From contig CAIMRY010000025.1 of the NCBI GenBank assembly GCA_903843965.1, forward strand, positions 44,622 to 68,621: a stretch of 24,000 nucleotides of DNA. Direction: 5' to 3'. The notes beneath the pieces were generated by a model. That model saw only the letters and a program-made list of their open reading frames with translations. It was not told the DNA's origin and searched no databases. The position numbers and the translations under genes were made by a program. Numbering within the stretch: the stretch's first letter is position 1; each line of letters opens with the position of its first letter. Source of the DNA: an uncultured delta proteobacterium (lineage in GTDB: Bacteria > Desulfobacterota > Desulfovibrionia > Desulfovibrionales > Desulfovibrionaceae). Of the stretch, positions 1 through 9,040 are shown one piece after another.

Positions 1-376
1 CCTCGGCGTTGATGCGCAGGAACACGGTGGCGTCCGTGAACTCCACCATGTCCAGCGACAAGCGGCGCGAGAAGAGCGGAATGACCCGGATGCGCGCCGA
101 CAGGGCGCTGGCCGTGAGCATGGGCTCCGGGCCGAAGCCGGGGGCGTTGCCCAGGGTGATGCCGCGCGCGTGCAGCCCCAGCCAGGGGAACACGCTGACG
201 CCCAGCTCGCCCCCCAGGCCGACCTGCTGGCCCGTGGCCTCCTGCATGAGCCGGGCGAACTCGGTGCGAAACTCCGGGGTGCTCATGTAGTGCGAGGCCC
301 AGAGCACCATGCCCCCGGTGAGGAGCAACAGCGCAATCAGCACGCCCAGGAGGATGAGGATGAGTTTTCGGCGCAT
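1..376 (-). CDS. AsmA-family protein, N-terminal part (continues past the left edge)
   Basis: Not in the ORF track because it is open at the edge. My reverse-complement translation from the ATG at 376 reads MRRKLILILLGVLIALLLLTGGMVLWASHYMSTPEFRTEFARLMQEATGQQVGLGGELGVSVFPWLGLHARGITLGNAPGFGPEPMLTASALSARIRVIPLFSRRLSLDMVEF. This shows an N-terminal membrane anchor and the FPWLGL...NAPGF block I recognise from AsmA-family N-termini. Confidence 0.6.
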   Translation of the reverse strand, partial: MRRKLILILLGVLIALLLLTGGMVLWASHYMSTPEFRTEFARLMQEATGQQVGLGGELGVSVFPWLGLHARGITLGNAPGFGPEPMLTASALSARIRVIPLFSRRLSLDMVEFTDATVFLRINAE

Positions 377-490
377 GGCCGCCCGCCTTGTGCCTCAGCT
401 ACGGTTGTGTGTTGCGGGGTCCGACGGCAGCCCGCAGTCCGCCTTTAGCTGGTTTGCGCATTCCCGGCAAGGACGCCTGGGGCAAAGCGT

Positions 491-1402
491 TCAGGACTCG
501 GTGGCCGGACCAGGCTGCGGCGCGTTTTCGCCGGGCCCGGCTTGCTCAATACCGATGCTCTCCAAACCGATGTCAACTAGGCCGATGCCTTCAAGCCCGA
601 CAATGGCGATGCCCGCCTTGTCCGCCACGGCCAGCGTGGACTCCAGGTCGAAGAACAGGCTTTTGCCCGCCTCCACGCCCAGGCACGTGGCCTTGCCCCC
701 AGCCATCAGGCGCACGGTGTCCAGGCCCACGCAGGGCAGGTCCACGCGCTCCTCCTGGCCGGGCTTGGCCACCTTGACCACCACGCAGCCCGCCCCGCCC
801 AGCTCGCAGCCGCGCCGGATGGCCGCGTCCGTGCCTTCCAGGGCCTCCACGGCGGCCACGATGCCCTCGCGCAGGACGATGCACTGGCCGATGTCGAGCC
901 GACCCAGCTCCCGGGCCATGGCCGCCCCGGCGCGCAGGTCGGCCCATTCGCGCTCGTCCGGTGCGCGCCGGGTAAGCACCCCCGGCGGGGTCATGAGCCC
1001 CGGCGCATAGGCCTGGGGCGGGCGGACCGTGATGCCCTCGGACTCCAGCAGGGTGGTGAAGGCGCGCAGAATGGCGTCGTCGCCCTTGCCCTTGAGCGAG
1101 AAGATGAGCTTTACGGCGCGGGCGTCGAGGTGCCGGATGTCCATGACCCCCGGCTTGTTGATGGCCCCGGCCATGATGGCCTCTTCGACCTTGTTCTGCT
1201 TGAAGAAGTCCACGAGCTTGCCCAGCTGGCCCAGCTTCAGCTCGCAGAAGACGTCGGCCAGGGGGTAGACTTCGGGGTTGGTGTGGCCCGCAAACCCGGC
1301 CACCACCAGGCGGTGCCCGGCGTCCTTGACCCCGCGCGCCACCAAAAGCGGGAACTGGCGCCCCCCGCTGATGAGTCCGACGACCTTGGCGGCTGCGCTC
1401 AT
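491..1402 (-). CDS. lpxI: UDP-2,3-diacylglucosamine hydrolase, LpxI (DUF1009) type
   Basis: 303 aa ORF. It contains GRLDIGQCIVLREGIVAAVEALEGTDAAIRRG and KPGQEERVDLPCVGLDTV, which match the conserved LpxI motifs (GRLDIGQ, AVEA-EGTD, RVDLP-IG). It lies directly downstream of lpxA. Confidence 0.8.
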   Translation of the reverse strand: MSAAAKVVGLISGGRQFPLLVARGVKDAGHRLVVAGFAGHTNPEVYPLADVFCELKLGQLGKLVDFFKQNKVEEAIMAGAINKPGVMDIRHLDARAVKLIFSLKGKGDDAILRAFTTLLESEGITVRPPQAYAPGLMTPPGVLTRRAPDEREWADLRAGAAMARELGRLDIGQCIVLREGIVAAVEALEGTDAAIRRGCELGGAGCVVVKVAKPGQEERVDLPCVGLDTVRLMAGGKATCLGVEAGKSLFFDLESTLAVADKAGIAIVGLEGIGLVDIGLESIGIEQAGPGENAPQPGPATES

Positions 1403-1480
1403 GGATTCCCCCTGCGTGGCTGCGCCAGCCGGAAGCAGGCCGCGCGCCCCGGCTCGTTGCGTCGCCGTTCTTTGGTGGTG

Positions 1481-2290
1481 CTAGTCGTCGCCGTTGGAGC
1501 TCTTGCCCGCGTCGCTGGTGATGCCGCGCACCGTGCCGCGCACGAACTCCACCAGCCGCGCCACCTCAGGCACGTCCGGCAACTCCTCCAGGGCCTTGGT
1601 CAGGGCCTCGTCGCGCATGAGGCCGGAGCGGAAGATGATGCGGTAGGCCTTCTTGATGGCCCCGATGGTGGCGCTGGAAAAGCCCTTGCGCTTGAGCCCG
1701 ATGATGTTCGGGCCGTAGAGCTTGGCCCGGGTGCCCTGGGCCAGCATGTACGGCGGCACGTCGTTGCTGTAGCCGGAAAGCCCGCCCAGAAAGGCGTACT
1801 CGCCGATGCGCGCGTACTGCTGCACCGCAGCCATGCCCGAGACGATGGTGTGGTCGCCGATGTCCACGTGCCCGGCCATGCTCACCGCATTGGCCACGAT
1901 GACGTGGTCGCCGATGCGGCAGTCGTGGGCCACGTGGGCATAGGCCATGAACAGGCAATGCGAGCCGATGGTGGTTTCGCCGTGGCCCTGGGGCGTGCCC
2001 CGATGCACGGTGACGTATTCGCGGAAATGGTTGGCGCTGCCTATGCGCACCCAGGTCTCCTCGCCCTTGAAGCCCAGGTGCTGGGGCGCGTCGCCGATGC
2101 AGGCGTAGGAGTGCACGTGGTTGTCCGGACCCATGTTCGTGTAGTCCTTGACCTGGGAAAAGGCGTCGAGGATGGAGCCGTCGCCGATGAGGACTTTCTC
2201 CTCGATGACGCAGTAGGGTCCGACAGTGACGTTGTCGCCCAGCTGCGCGCCGGGATGAACAACCGCAGAGGGATGGATCTGTGTGGGCAC
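1481..2290 (-). CDS. lpxA: Acyl-ACP--UDP-N-acetylglucosamine O-acyltransferase
   Basis: 269 aa with left-handed beta-helix hexapeptide repeats: IHPSAVVHPGAQLGDNVTVGPYCVIEEKVLIGDGS...YVTVHRGT...IGSHCLFMAYAHVAHDCRIGDHVI. GTG start overlaps the fabZ stop by 1 nt at 2290. Canonical lpxD-fabZ-lpxA order. Confidence 0.9.
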   Translation of the reverse strand: MPTQIHPSAVVHPGAQLGDNVTVGPYCVIEEKVLIGDGSILDAFSQVKDYTNMGPDNHVHSYACIGDAPQHLGFKGEETWVRIGSANHFREYVTVHRGTPQGHGETTIGSHCLFMAYAHVAHDCRIGDHVIVANAVSMAGHVDIGDHTIVSGMAAVQQYARIGEYAFLGGLSGYSNDVPPYMLAQGTRAKLYGPNIIGLKRKGFSSATIGAIKKAYRIIFRSGLMRDEALTKALEELPDVPEVARLVEFVRGTVRGITSDAGKSSNGDD

Positions 2291-2772
2291 TACATCTTCC
2301 CCTTGTCCACCACGGCGGCGGTGAAAATGCCCTCGGCCACGAGCTCGCCGTCAACGGTGGCGCGGCCCTGCATCTTCCAGATGTTCATCTTGCGCCGGAT
2401 GACGCTGGCCTCCAGGTTCAGGCGGTCGCCAGGGACCACGGGGCGGCGTATCTTGACCCCGTCGATGCCGGTGAAGAGGAACAGCTTGTCCGTGGAGTTG
2501 ATGCCCATGGTCTTGACCACGAAGATGCCGCCGGCCTGGGCCAAGGCCTCCAGAATGAGCACGCCGGGCATGATGGGCTGGCCAGGAAAATGGCCCTGGA
2601 AGAAATTCTCGTTGAAGGTCACGTTCTTGTAGGCCGTGATGCCCACGCCGGACTCGAAGCCGACCACCCGGTCCACCAGCAGGAAGGGATAGCGGTGCGG
2701 CAGCATCTCCATGATGCTGCGGATGTCGTCGACAAAGGCAGTGCCGTTCGCCGGGGCCGGGGCGCTCGTCAT
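2290..2772 (-). CDS. fabZ: 3-hydroxyacyl-ACP dehydratase
   Basis: 160 aa with the FabZ signatures LPHRYPFLLVDRV and FFQGHFPGQPIMPGVLILEALAQ. Located between lpxD and lpxA. Confidence 0.92.
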   Translation of the reverse strand: MTSAPAPANGTAFVDDIRSIMEMLPHRYPFLLVDRVVGFESGVGITAYKNVTFNENFFQGHFPGQPIMPGVLILEALAQAGGIFVVKTMGINSTDKLFLFTGIDGVKIRRPVVPGDRLNLEASVIRRKMNIWKMQGRATVDGELVAEGIFTAAVVDKGKM

Positions 2773-2773
2773 G

Positions 2774-3799
2774 TCAGTCCTCCTTGGGCTTGTCCTGGCG
2801 CTGCTCCAGGGCCTTCTCCAGCTTGCGCACGCGGCGCGCCAGGTCCGGCAGCTTGGGCAGGGTCAGTGACATCTTGAGATAGGTTGCTATGTCCATGGAG
2901 GGCGACCCGCCAACCATGGCCCCGGCGGGCTGGTCCACGCCGACGCCGGACTGCCCGGCCACCTGGACGCCGTCGCCCAGGCTGATGTTGTCACGCAGGG
3001 CCGACTGCCCGGCCATGACGACGCCGTTGCCCAGCGTGCAGCTGCCCGCGATGCCCGCCTGGGAGATGATCAGGCAGTGCTTGCCGATCTGCACGTTGTG
3101 GGCGATCTGGGCCAGGTTGTCGATCTTGGTGCCGTCGCCGATGCGTGTGGCGTCCAGGGCGGCGCGGTCGACGGTGGTGTTGGCCCCGATCTCGACGTCG
3201 TCACCCACGACCACAACGCCCACCTGCGGGACCTTCACGTGGCCCGCCGAGCTTTGGGCGTAGCCGTAGCCGTCGCTGCCGAGCACGGCCCCGGCGTGGA
3301 CGATGACGCGGTCGCCCAGGACTGTACCGGCCAGGAGCACGCTGTTGGGGTACAGGGTGCAGCCCTGGCCGAGCACGCAGTCCTCGCCCACGTAGACGCC
3401 GGGGAACAGGGTCGTGCCAGCTCCGATTGCCGCGCGGGCGCCGATGAAGGCGAAGGGGTACACGGTGATGTCAGGGGCGAGGCTCGTGTCCGGGTGGACG
3501 TAGGCCTGGGGGCTTACACCCGTCAGGCAGCCCTGCGGCTTGGCGAAGAGCGCCACCACGCGCGCCCAGTCGAGCTTGAGGTTTGTGCTGAGCAGGCAGG
3601 TGCGCCCCTCGGGCGCGAACGTCTCCTCGCACAAGACAGCGCCCGCCCTGCTGTGCTCGAGCTCCGGCAGGTGCTTGCGGTTCAGCAGGGGGGCGAGCTC
3701 GTCCGGCCCGGCCAGGGCCAGCGTGTTCACGGCGGCAATCTCAAGGTCGTGGCCGGAAAAGGTCAGACCGACCTTCCCGGCCACTTCGGACAAACGCAT
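2774..3799 (-). CDS. lpxD: UDP-3-O-(3-hydroxyacyl)glucosamine N-acyltransferase
   Basis: 341 aa. N-terminal LpxD-type domain followed by long hexapeptide repeats ([50 protein letters not shown]). Position is skp-lpxD-fabZ. Confidence 0.9.
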   Translation of the reverse strand: MRLSEVAGKVGLTFSGHDLEIAAVNTLALAGPDELAPLLNRKHLPELEHSRAGAVLCEETFAPEGRTCLLSTNLKLDWARVVALFAKPQGCLTGVSPQAYVHPDTSLAPDITVYPFAFIGARAAIGAGTTLFPGVYVGEDCVLGQGCTLYPNSVLLAGTVLGDRVIVHAGAVLGSDGYGYAQSSAGHVKVPQVGVVVVGDDVEIGANTTVDRAALDATRIGDGTKIDNLAQIAHNVQIGKHCLIISQAGIAGSCTLGNGVVMAGQSALRDNISLGDGVQVAGQSGVGVDQPAGAMVGGSPSMDIATYLKMSLTLPKLPDLARRVRKLEKALEQRQDKPKED

Positions 3800-3813
3800 T
3801 CTCTGGCTCCGGA

Positions 3814-4350
3814 CTACTTCTTGGGCCGCGCTTTCCAGCCCCTGTTCAGCTCGGGAATCAACAACTTGGTGATGTCAATAGCGGGCTCAGCGTAGTAGGT
3901 TATTCCCTGCATCTTGGCGAGAAGCAAGGTTATGCCATTCTTGGCGCAGTAGTCGCGCACCACATCATTCAGCACGCGCTCGATCTCGGCCAGCTTGGTG
4001 TTCTGCTCGCGGCTGACGGCGCTCTGGAACCGGCGCATGTTCTCGGTCAGCTCGAACTCCTTGCGCCGGAGCTCGCGCTCCTTGTCAGCGCGGGCTTCAG
4101 GAGCCAGGCCAAAGGCCTGCTTCTGGAAGTTCTCCTGCAGCTTGATAAAGTCCGTTCTTTCTTTTTCGATCTTGTCGCTCTCGGGCTTCAGCTTGGCCTC
4201 AAGCTGCTTAATGGCCTCAGCGCCAGGTTCGGAGTTCTTCAAAGCCTCGTTGGGGTCAAAAACTGCGATTTTGACCGGACCGGCCCCGGCGGCAAAGGCC
4301 ACGGACTGAAGCAGGAAGAGGAAAAGGGCAAGGGCCAGAAACTTACGCAT
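3814..4350 (-). CDS. skp: OmpH/Skp-family periplasmic chaperone
   Basis: The track ORF starts at a GTG (4368). I prefer the ATG at 4350 because AAGGAG (reverse complement of 4359-4364) lies 8 nt upstream. Product begins [22 protein letters not shown] (signal peptide), and the rest is Lys/Glu-rich and helical. Classic position between bamA and lpxD. Confidence 0.8.
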   Translation of the reverse strand: MRKFLALALFLFLLQSVAFAAGAGPVKIAVFDPNEALKNSEPGAEAIKQLEAKLKPESDKIEKERTDFIKLQENFQKQAFGLAPEARADKERELRRKEFELTENMRRFQSAVSREQNTKLAEIERVLNDVVRDYCAKNGITLLLAKMQGITYYAEPAIDITKLLIPELNRGWKARPKK

Positions 4351-4409
4351 GTCAAATTCTCCTTTCACCAGTTGTTGATACTTACGCTTCTGTCTACACA
4401 GGAAGACCG

Positions 4410-7145
4410 CTAGAAGGTCTGGCCCATGTTGAACTCCACCTTGTTCCGCGTGCTGTCATAGACTTCGTCCAAACCATGTCCGAACTCAAGCTTCAGCGGG
4501 CCCATTGGCGAGAACCACTGGAGGCCGACGCCCACGCTCTTGTACAGGCCAAGAGGCGGTGACGTATAGCCGTTGCGGGTGGGGTTGCTGAGCCACATCT
4601 CGCCTTCTTTCCAGGAGTTGCCTGCGTCAAAGAACAAGGAGCCGATGATACCCATCTTTTTGTTCAGAGGGTAGAGCAATTCAAGGTTCGTGAAGAGCAT
4701 CTTGTCGCCGCCAAGAGCCTGGCCCGTGGCGTCGTCCAGGGGCGAGATCTTGTGCTGCGTGTAGCCGCGCACAGTGCCCATGCCGCCCAGGGTGAAACGT
4801 TCGCCCAGGGGAATGGGGCTGCCCCAGTTCTGCCCGATCATGGCTGTGGACGCGTGGGATTTCAGCACAAGGTCGCCGATGACGCTGTTGTACATGACAA
4901 AGTCATAGCCGAGCTTGATGAAGTTGTCGTTGCCGCCCAGGATGGCGCCGCCATTGGTCAGGCTGACGGTGTTCACCGTGCCCTTGGTGGGCAGGGTCAT
5001 GCCGCCGCCGTTGGTGGTGTTGCGCGCCACCGAGACCGAGGCCACGCTGGCGATGTGCGTGCCCAGGGCGTCAGTGATCGCCTGCGCGGAGCCGGCTTTC
5101 GCGTCATAGATCCTGTAGCGGTCCAGGCGATAGCTCCACAGCAGGCTGGTGTACTCGCCGATGGGGTACGCAAAGTTGACCGTGGAGCCGATGGTGTTGC
5201 GCTGGTAGTCGACGAGGTTTTCGTCGCGTTCGTAGGCCGAAAAGCCCACGCCAAGCTTGCTGTCATCCCAGCGCGGGTTGAAGGCGTTTAAGGTGTAGCT
5301 CGTCTTCTTGGTGCTCCACTGCCCGGCGAGCCCCGCGCCCCAGCCCTTGCCGAACATGTTCTGCTCGTCCAGGGTGCCGGCGAAGTAGACGCCGTCGTAT
5401 GTGGAGAAGCCGACGCCGCCGCCGATCTTGCCGGTGTCCTTGTCCTTGACCTTGATCTTCAGGTCCATCTCCTCGGGATTGCCCGTGGGCACGGGCTCAA
5501 TGTCCACCGAGGAGAAGTAGCCGGACTTGTCCAGGCGTTCGGTGGAGCGCTTGAGCATTTCGCCGTTGAACAGGGAGCCGTCGGCCAGGCGCATCTCGCG
5601 CAGGATGACGTTGTCGCGGGTCTTGGTGTTGCCCTCGATGAGCACCCGACGGATGTGGACCTTCTGCAGCTTGCGCATGACATAAACGACATCCACTGTT
5701 TTTTCTTCCGGGTGGTCGTTCATGCGCACATTGGCCTCGGCGTAGGCGTAGCCGAAGTTGTTGTAGTATTCGGTCAAGGCCTTCAGGTCGTCGCGCACCA
5801 GGGAGCGGTCAAGATAGTCCTTCTTCCCGGCGGCCTTGCTCAGCTTGGTCACTTCCAGCAGCTTGTCCTCGTCGGCAATGAGGTCGCCCTCGACGCTGAC
5901 CTTCTCCACGCGGAAGCGCGAGCCCTCTTCGACCTTGAACTTGATGTAGATGCCGTCATCCTTGAACTCGATGTCGGGGCTGCCCACCTTGGCGTCCATG
6001 TAGCCGCGGTTGTTGTAATAGGCGGCGAGCACGGACGTGTCGCGCTCAACCATGTCCTCCTTGAGGATGCCGCCCTGGCTGAACCAGGAGAAGATCCCGC
6101 GCTCCTTCAAGGCCATGTCTTCCTTGAGGTCGTCCTCGGAAACCTGCTTGGCTCCTTCCACGGTGATGGACTTGATGTAGAGCTTCTTGCCCTCGTCGAT
6201 GACGAAGTTGAGACGCGCCTGCCCCTGGCCCGCGGTCTCGGTCTCGTGGGTGACCTTGGCGTTGTAGTAGCCGTCCTTGCGGTACAGGTCGCGGATGGCG
6301 TTGATATCCTCGGCCAGGACCTTTGGGTTCAAGACCGCGCCCTTCTTGGAGTTGACGACCTTGAGCACGTCCTCAACGGATTTCTCCTTGGCGCCCTTGA
6401 CGCCCAGGGCCAGGATGCGCGGCTTCTCCACAACCTGCACGATCATCTTCTTGCCGCCGTTGACGTCGCGCAGGATGATCTTCACGTCGTCAAAATATCC
6501 CAGGTCGTACACGGTCTTAAGGTCCGTGTTCACGGCCTTGGCGTCCAGAACCTCGCCTTTCTTTGTGGACAGGCGCATGAGCACCACGTCTTTGTCCAGC
6601 GCGGTGGTGCCCTCCACGTCGATGTCCACGATGCGCTCCAGGCCGAGCAGGTCACCCTTCATCTTGGTCACCAGGTCGTCCACGGCGGGCAGGAGGTTGA
6701 TCAGCCCCTCGCGCGTGGAGAACACAGGCCTCGGCGGCTTCAGCCCAAAGGGGTCCAGGACCCGGGCGTCGATGGACAGGGTCTCGCCCAGCTTGCTGAA
6801 GCTGCCGGTGATGGCGTACCCGGCGTTGGTCAAGAGGGCCGCCTCCTTGGCGGCGGCGGGGTCAGCGGGGTTCAGGCCCTTGGAGGCCAAAGCCTTGGCC
6901 ACGGCCTCCTTGTCGATGACGGTGAACCCGGCCTCGCGCAGGCGGTCGGACAACAGGTCCGGCAAACCCTGGCGGAGGTACTTCAGGTCGTCTCCGGCGT
7001 TCACCTCAAACGGCATCACGACCACTGTGACTTCGCGCGGCGAGGTCACTGCGGAGCGGGAAGGCCGTGGCGCGGCGCACACGGCCGCAAAGACCGTGAA
7101 AAACGCCAGCACAAGGAAAAAATTTTTGCTGCTACCCCTGGGCAT
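4410..7145 (-). CDS. bamA: Outer membrane protein assembly factor BamA (Omp85), with an extra N-terminal domain
   Basis: 911 aa. Signal peptide, repeated POTRA-like units (e.g. IVDIDVEGTTALDKDVV, ILALGVKGAKEKSVEDV, IKSITVEGAKQVSEDDL, VEKVSVEGDLIADEDKL, IRRVLIEGNTKTRDNVILREM) and a C-terminal beta-barrel ending in GLDEVYDSTRNKVEFNMGQTF. Sits upstream of skp-lpxD. Confidence 0.9.
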   Translation of the reverse strand: MPRGSSKNFFLVLAFFTVFAAVCAAPRPSRSAVTSPREVTVVVMPFEVNAGDDLKYLRQGLPDLLSDRLREAGFTVIDKEAVAKALASKGLNPADPAAAKEAALLTNAGYAITGSFSKLGETLSIDARVLDPFGLKPPRPVFSTREGLINLLPAVDDLVTKMKGDLLGLERIVDIDVEGTTALDKDVVLMRLSTKKGEVLDAKAVNTDLKTVYDLGYFDDVKIILRDVNGGKKMIVQVVEKPRILALGVKGAKEKSVEDVLKVVNSKKGAVLNPKVLAEDINAIRDLYRKDGYYNAKVTHETETAGQGQARLNFVIDEGKKLYIKSITVEGAKQVSEDDLKEDMALKERGIFSWFSQGGILKEDMVERDTSVLAAYYNNRGYMDAKVGSPDIEFKDDGIYIKFKVEEGSRFRVEKVSVEGDLIADEDKLLEVTKLSKAAGKKDYLDRSLVRDDLKALTEYYNNFGYAYAEANVRMNDHPEEKTVDVVYVMRKLQKVHIRRVLIEGNTKTRDNVILREMRLADGSLFNGEMLKRSTERLDKSGYFSSVDIEPVPTGNPEEMDLKIKVKDKDTGKIGGGVGFSTYDGVYFAGTLDEQNMFGKGWGAGLAGQWSTKKTSYTLNAFNPRWDDSKLGVGFSAYERDENLVDYQRNTIGSTVNFAYPIGEYTSLLWSYRLDRYRIYDAKAGSAQAITDALGTHIASVASVSVARNTTNGGGMTLPTKGTVNTVSLTNGGAILGGNDNFIKLGYDFVMYNSVIGDLVLKSHASTAMIGQNWGSPIPLGERFTLGGMGTVRGYTQHKISPLDDATGQALGGDKMLFTNLELLYPLNKKMGIIGSLFFDAGNSWKEGEMWLSNPTRNGYTSPPLGLYKSVGVGLQWFSPMGPLKLEFGHGLDEVYDSTRNKVEFNMGQTF

Positions 7146-7818
7146 AGAGAACTCCCGAACGCAACTCGAACCGCCGTCCCATGACGCCGGCCAGTTCTAT
7201 GTTATGCGTTACGACCACGAATGTCATCCCCAAGTCCCTGTTCAAGGACACCAGGAGTTCGCCGACCATTCTGCCCGTTCTCTCGTCCAGGTTTCCGGTG
7301 GGCTCGTCGGCCAGAAGGGCCTTCGGGCGGAGCAGGATGGCCCTGGCGATGGCCGCCCGCTGGCGTTCTCCGCCAGACAGGGTCGTCACCGCCTGTTCCA
7401 TGTGCTGCCGCATTCCCACCATCACCAGGGCCTCACGGGCCAGCTCCAGGGCTTCAGCCCTGGACTTCCCGGCAATGATGCCGGGCATGGCGACATTCTC
7501 CAAGGTCGTGAATTCCGGCAGCAGGTGGTGGAACTGAAAAACAAATCCCATGTCCCTGTTGCGAAGCACGGCCCTGCGCCTGTCGTCGAGGACCGCCAGA
7601 TTCTCCCCGGAGAAGAAAATTTCTCCACTCGTGGGCGCGTCCAGAGTTCCAAGAAGGTGCAGGAGGGTCGTCTTCCCGGAACCCGAGGCGCCTAGTATGG
7701 CAATGGATTCTCCAGGGGCTACGGTCAGATCGATCCCGTCAAGCACCCGCAGGCGCTCCCCTGGCCCAGCAAATTCCTTGCCAACCCTGTTCAGGCGGTA
7801 TAGCGGCTCTTTATTCAT
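7132..7818 (-). CDS. lolD: Lipoprotein-releasing ABC transporter, ATP-binding subunit
   Basis: Walker A GASGSGKTT, ABC signature LSGGERQR, Walker B LLADEPTGNLD. I place the start at the ATG at 7818 (MNKEPLYRLNRV), which overlaps the stop of the upstream permease gene by 8 nt. The track's longer 256 aa form adds an implausible leader. Confidence 0.85.
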   Translation of the reverse strand: MNKEPLYRLNRVGKEFAGPGERLRVLDGIDLTVAPGESIAILGASGSGKTTLLHLLGTLDAPTSGEIFFSGENLAVLDDRRRAVLRNRDMGFVFQFHHLLPEFTTLENVAMPGIIAGKSRAEALELAREALVMVGMRQHMEQAVTTLSGGERQRAAIARAILLRPKALLADEPTGNLDERTGRMVGELLVSLNRDLGMTFVVVTHNIELAGVMGRRFELRSGVLYAQG

Positions 7819-9040
7819 AACGCAAGGCATCCGAGGGCTTAAGCGCAGCTGCGCGCCGGGCCGGGTAGATCGTGGACAGATAGCACAGGGCAAGAGCCGC
7901 AACCCCGATCAGCAGCATATCCAAAAACTCAAGGCGTACAGGTAGATAGTCCACCGGGTAGACATCGCTCGGCAGCTTGATGAACTGGTATTTCTTGAGC
8001 AAAAGCGCCACAGGAAGGCCGATGGCGTAGCCCAGGGCCGTGCCCACCGCGCCGATAAAACTGCCCTGATAGATAAAAATCCGCCGGATGCTCCTCTCGT
8101 CCGCGCCCATGGCCATGAGCACGGCGATGTCCTTGGTCTTCTGCATCACCAGCATCACCAGCATGGTCACGATGCTGAAGGAGCCCACCAGCACGATCAT
8201 GGCCAGGATGATGAACATGGCCGTCTTCTCAAGCTCCAAGGCTGCGAAAAGATTGGCGTTCATCTCCTGCCAGTTGCGCACAAAAACAGGGTAGTCATGC
8301 AGCTTTGCGCGGATATGGTCGCTGACGGTGCCGGCCGCGTACACATCCGCCAGGCGAACCTCCAGCCCTGATACGATATCACCCTTGAATCCAAGGAGAC
8401 TTCTCGCCGCGCCCACGGTCACGTAGCCCAGGGTGGCGTCGTACTCGAACATGCCGGTCTTGAAGATTCCGGCCACGCGGAAGACCTTCACCTTGGGCGT
8501 AAAGCCTACTGCGCTGGGGGTTCCCGTGGGCGAGAGCAGGTTCACCAGCGCCCCCACCTCCAGCCCCAGGCGCTTGGCCATCTCCGCGCCGATGATCACT
8601 CCGGGCAGGTCGTCGCGGTCCTCCAAATCATTGACGCTTCCGGAAACCATGTCCCGGGTGATGCTCAGGACTTGGTCGGCGGTGGCGGGGTCGATGCCGC
8701 GCAGGACCACGCCCTTGACCCCGCCCTTGGCCGAGAGCATGACCTCGGAGTACACAAAGGGCGTGACCCCGCTGACGCCGGGCACCTCCCGGCACAGGTC
8801 CGCCAGCTTCTGGTAGTCGCGGATGCCGCCGGAAAAGGCGCTCACCAGCACGTGGGCGTTGACGCCCAGGATCTTGTCGCGCAGGTCCTTGGTGAACCCG
8901 TTCATGACCCCGATGACCACGATGAGCGCGGCCACGCCGAGGGCCACGCCGCACACGGCGAATAGCGAGATGATGCCGATGAAGGACTGTTTGCGAAGCG
9001 CGAAGATGTAGCGCAGGGCGATGAACAGTTCGAAGTTCAT
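7811..9040 (-). CDS. Lipoprotein-releasing system permease (LolC/LolE family, MacB-FtsX type)
   Basis: 409 aa. Starts [29 protein letters not shown] (typical LolC/E N-terminus), then a large periplasmic loop and a C-terminal FtsX-like 3-TM bundle ending YPARRAAALKPSDALRYE. Its ATG overlaps the lysS stop (ATGA, 9037-9040). Confidence 0.85.
   Translation of the reverse strand: MNFELFIALRYIFALRKQSFIGIISLFAVCGVALGVAALIVVIGVMNGFTKDLRDKILGVNAHVLVSAFSGGIRDYQKLADLCREVPGVSGVTPFVYSEVMLSAKGGVKGVVLRGIDPATADQVLSITRDMVSGSVNDLEDRDDLPGVIIGAEMAKRLGLEVGALVNLLSPTGTPSAVGFTPKVKVFRVAGIFKTGMFEYDATLGYVTVGAARSLLGFKGDIVSGLEVRLADVYAAGTVSDHIRAKLHDYPVFVRNWQEMNANLFAALELEKTAMFIILAMIVLVGSFSIVTMLVMLVMQKTKDIAVLMAMGADERSIRRIFIYQGSFIGAVGTALGYAIGLPVALLLKKYQFIKLPSDVYPVDYLPVRLEFLDMLLIGVAALALCYLSTIYPARRAAALKPSDALRYE

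Noticed and set aside
1130-2632. 500 aa plus-strand ORF. Similar long antisense ORFs are 309..1010, 3077..3895, 5655..7184, 6277..7695, 9079..10701, 12060..12719, 12998..13963, 17348..18469 and 21398..22813
   Set aside because: Each one overlaps, on the opposite strand or in another frame, a gene with clear family motifs (lpxI, lpxA, fabZ, lpxD, bamA, lolD, lysS, rsbR/S/T/X, the cyclase, the SQR-like gene). Their compositions are low-complexity Arg/Ala/Gly/Pro/His. They are shadow ORFs.
7819-7902. Upstream extension of the lolD ORF (256 aa form), and similar 5' extensions of the ORFs at 4368, 11694, 14050, 16394, 16878, 18198, 18854, 19922 and 22664
   Set aside because: The extensions lack an RBS, encode Arg/Pro-rich leaders or overlap the preceding gene. 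Internal starts with Shine-Dalgarno sequences or stop/start overlaps give N-termini matching the protein families.
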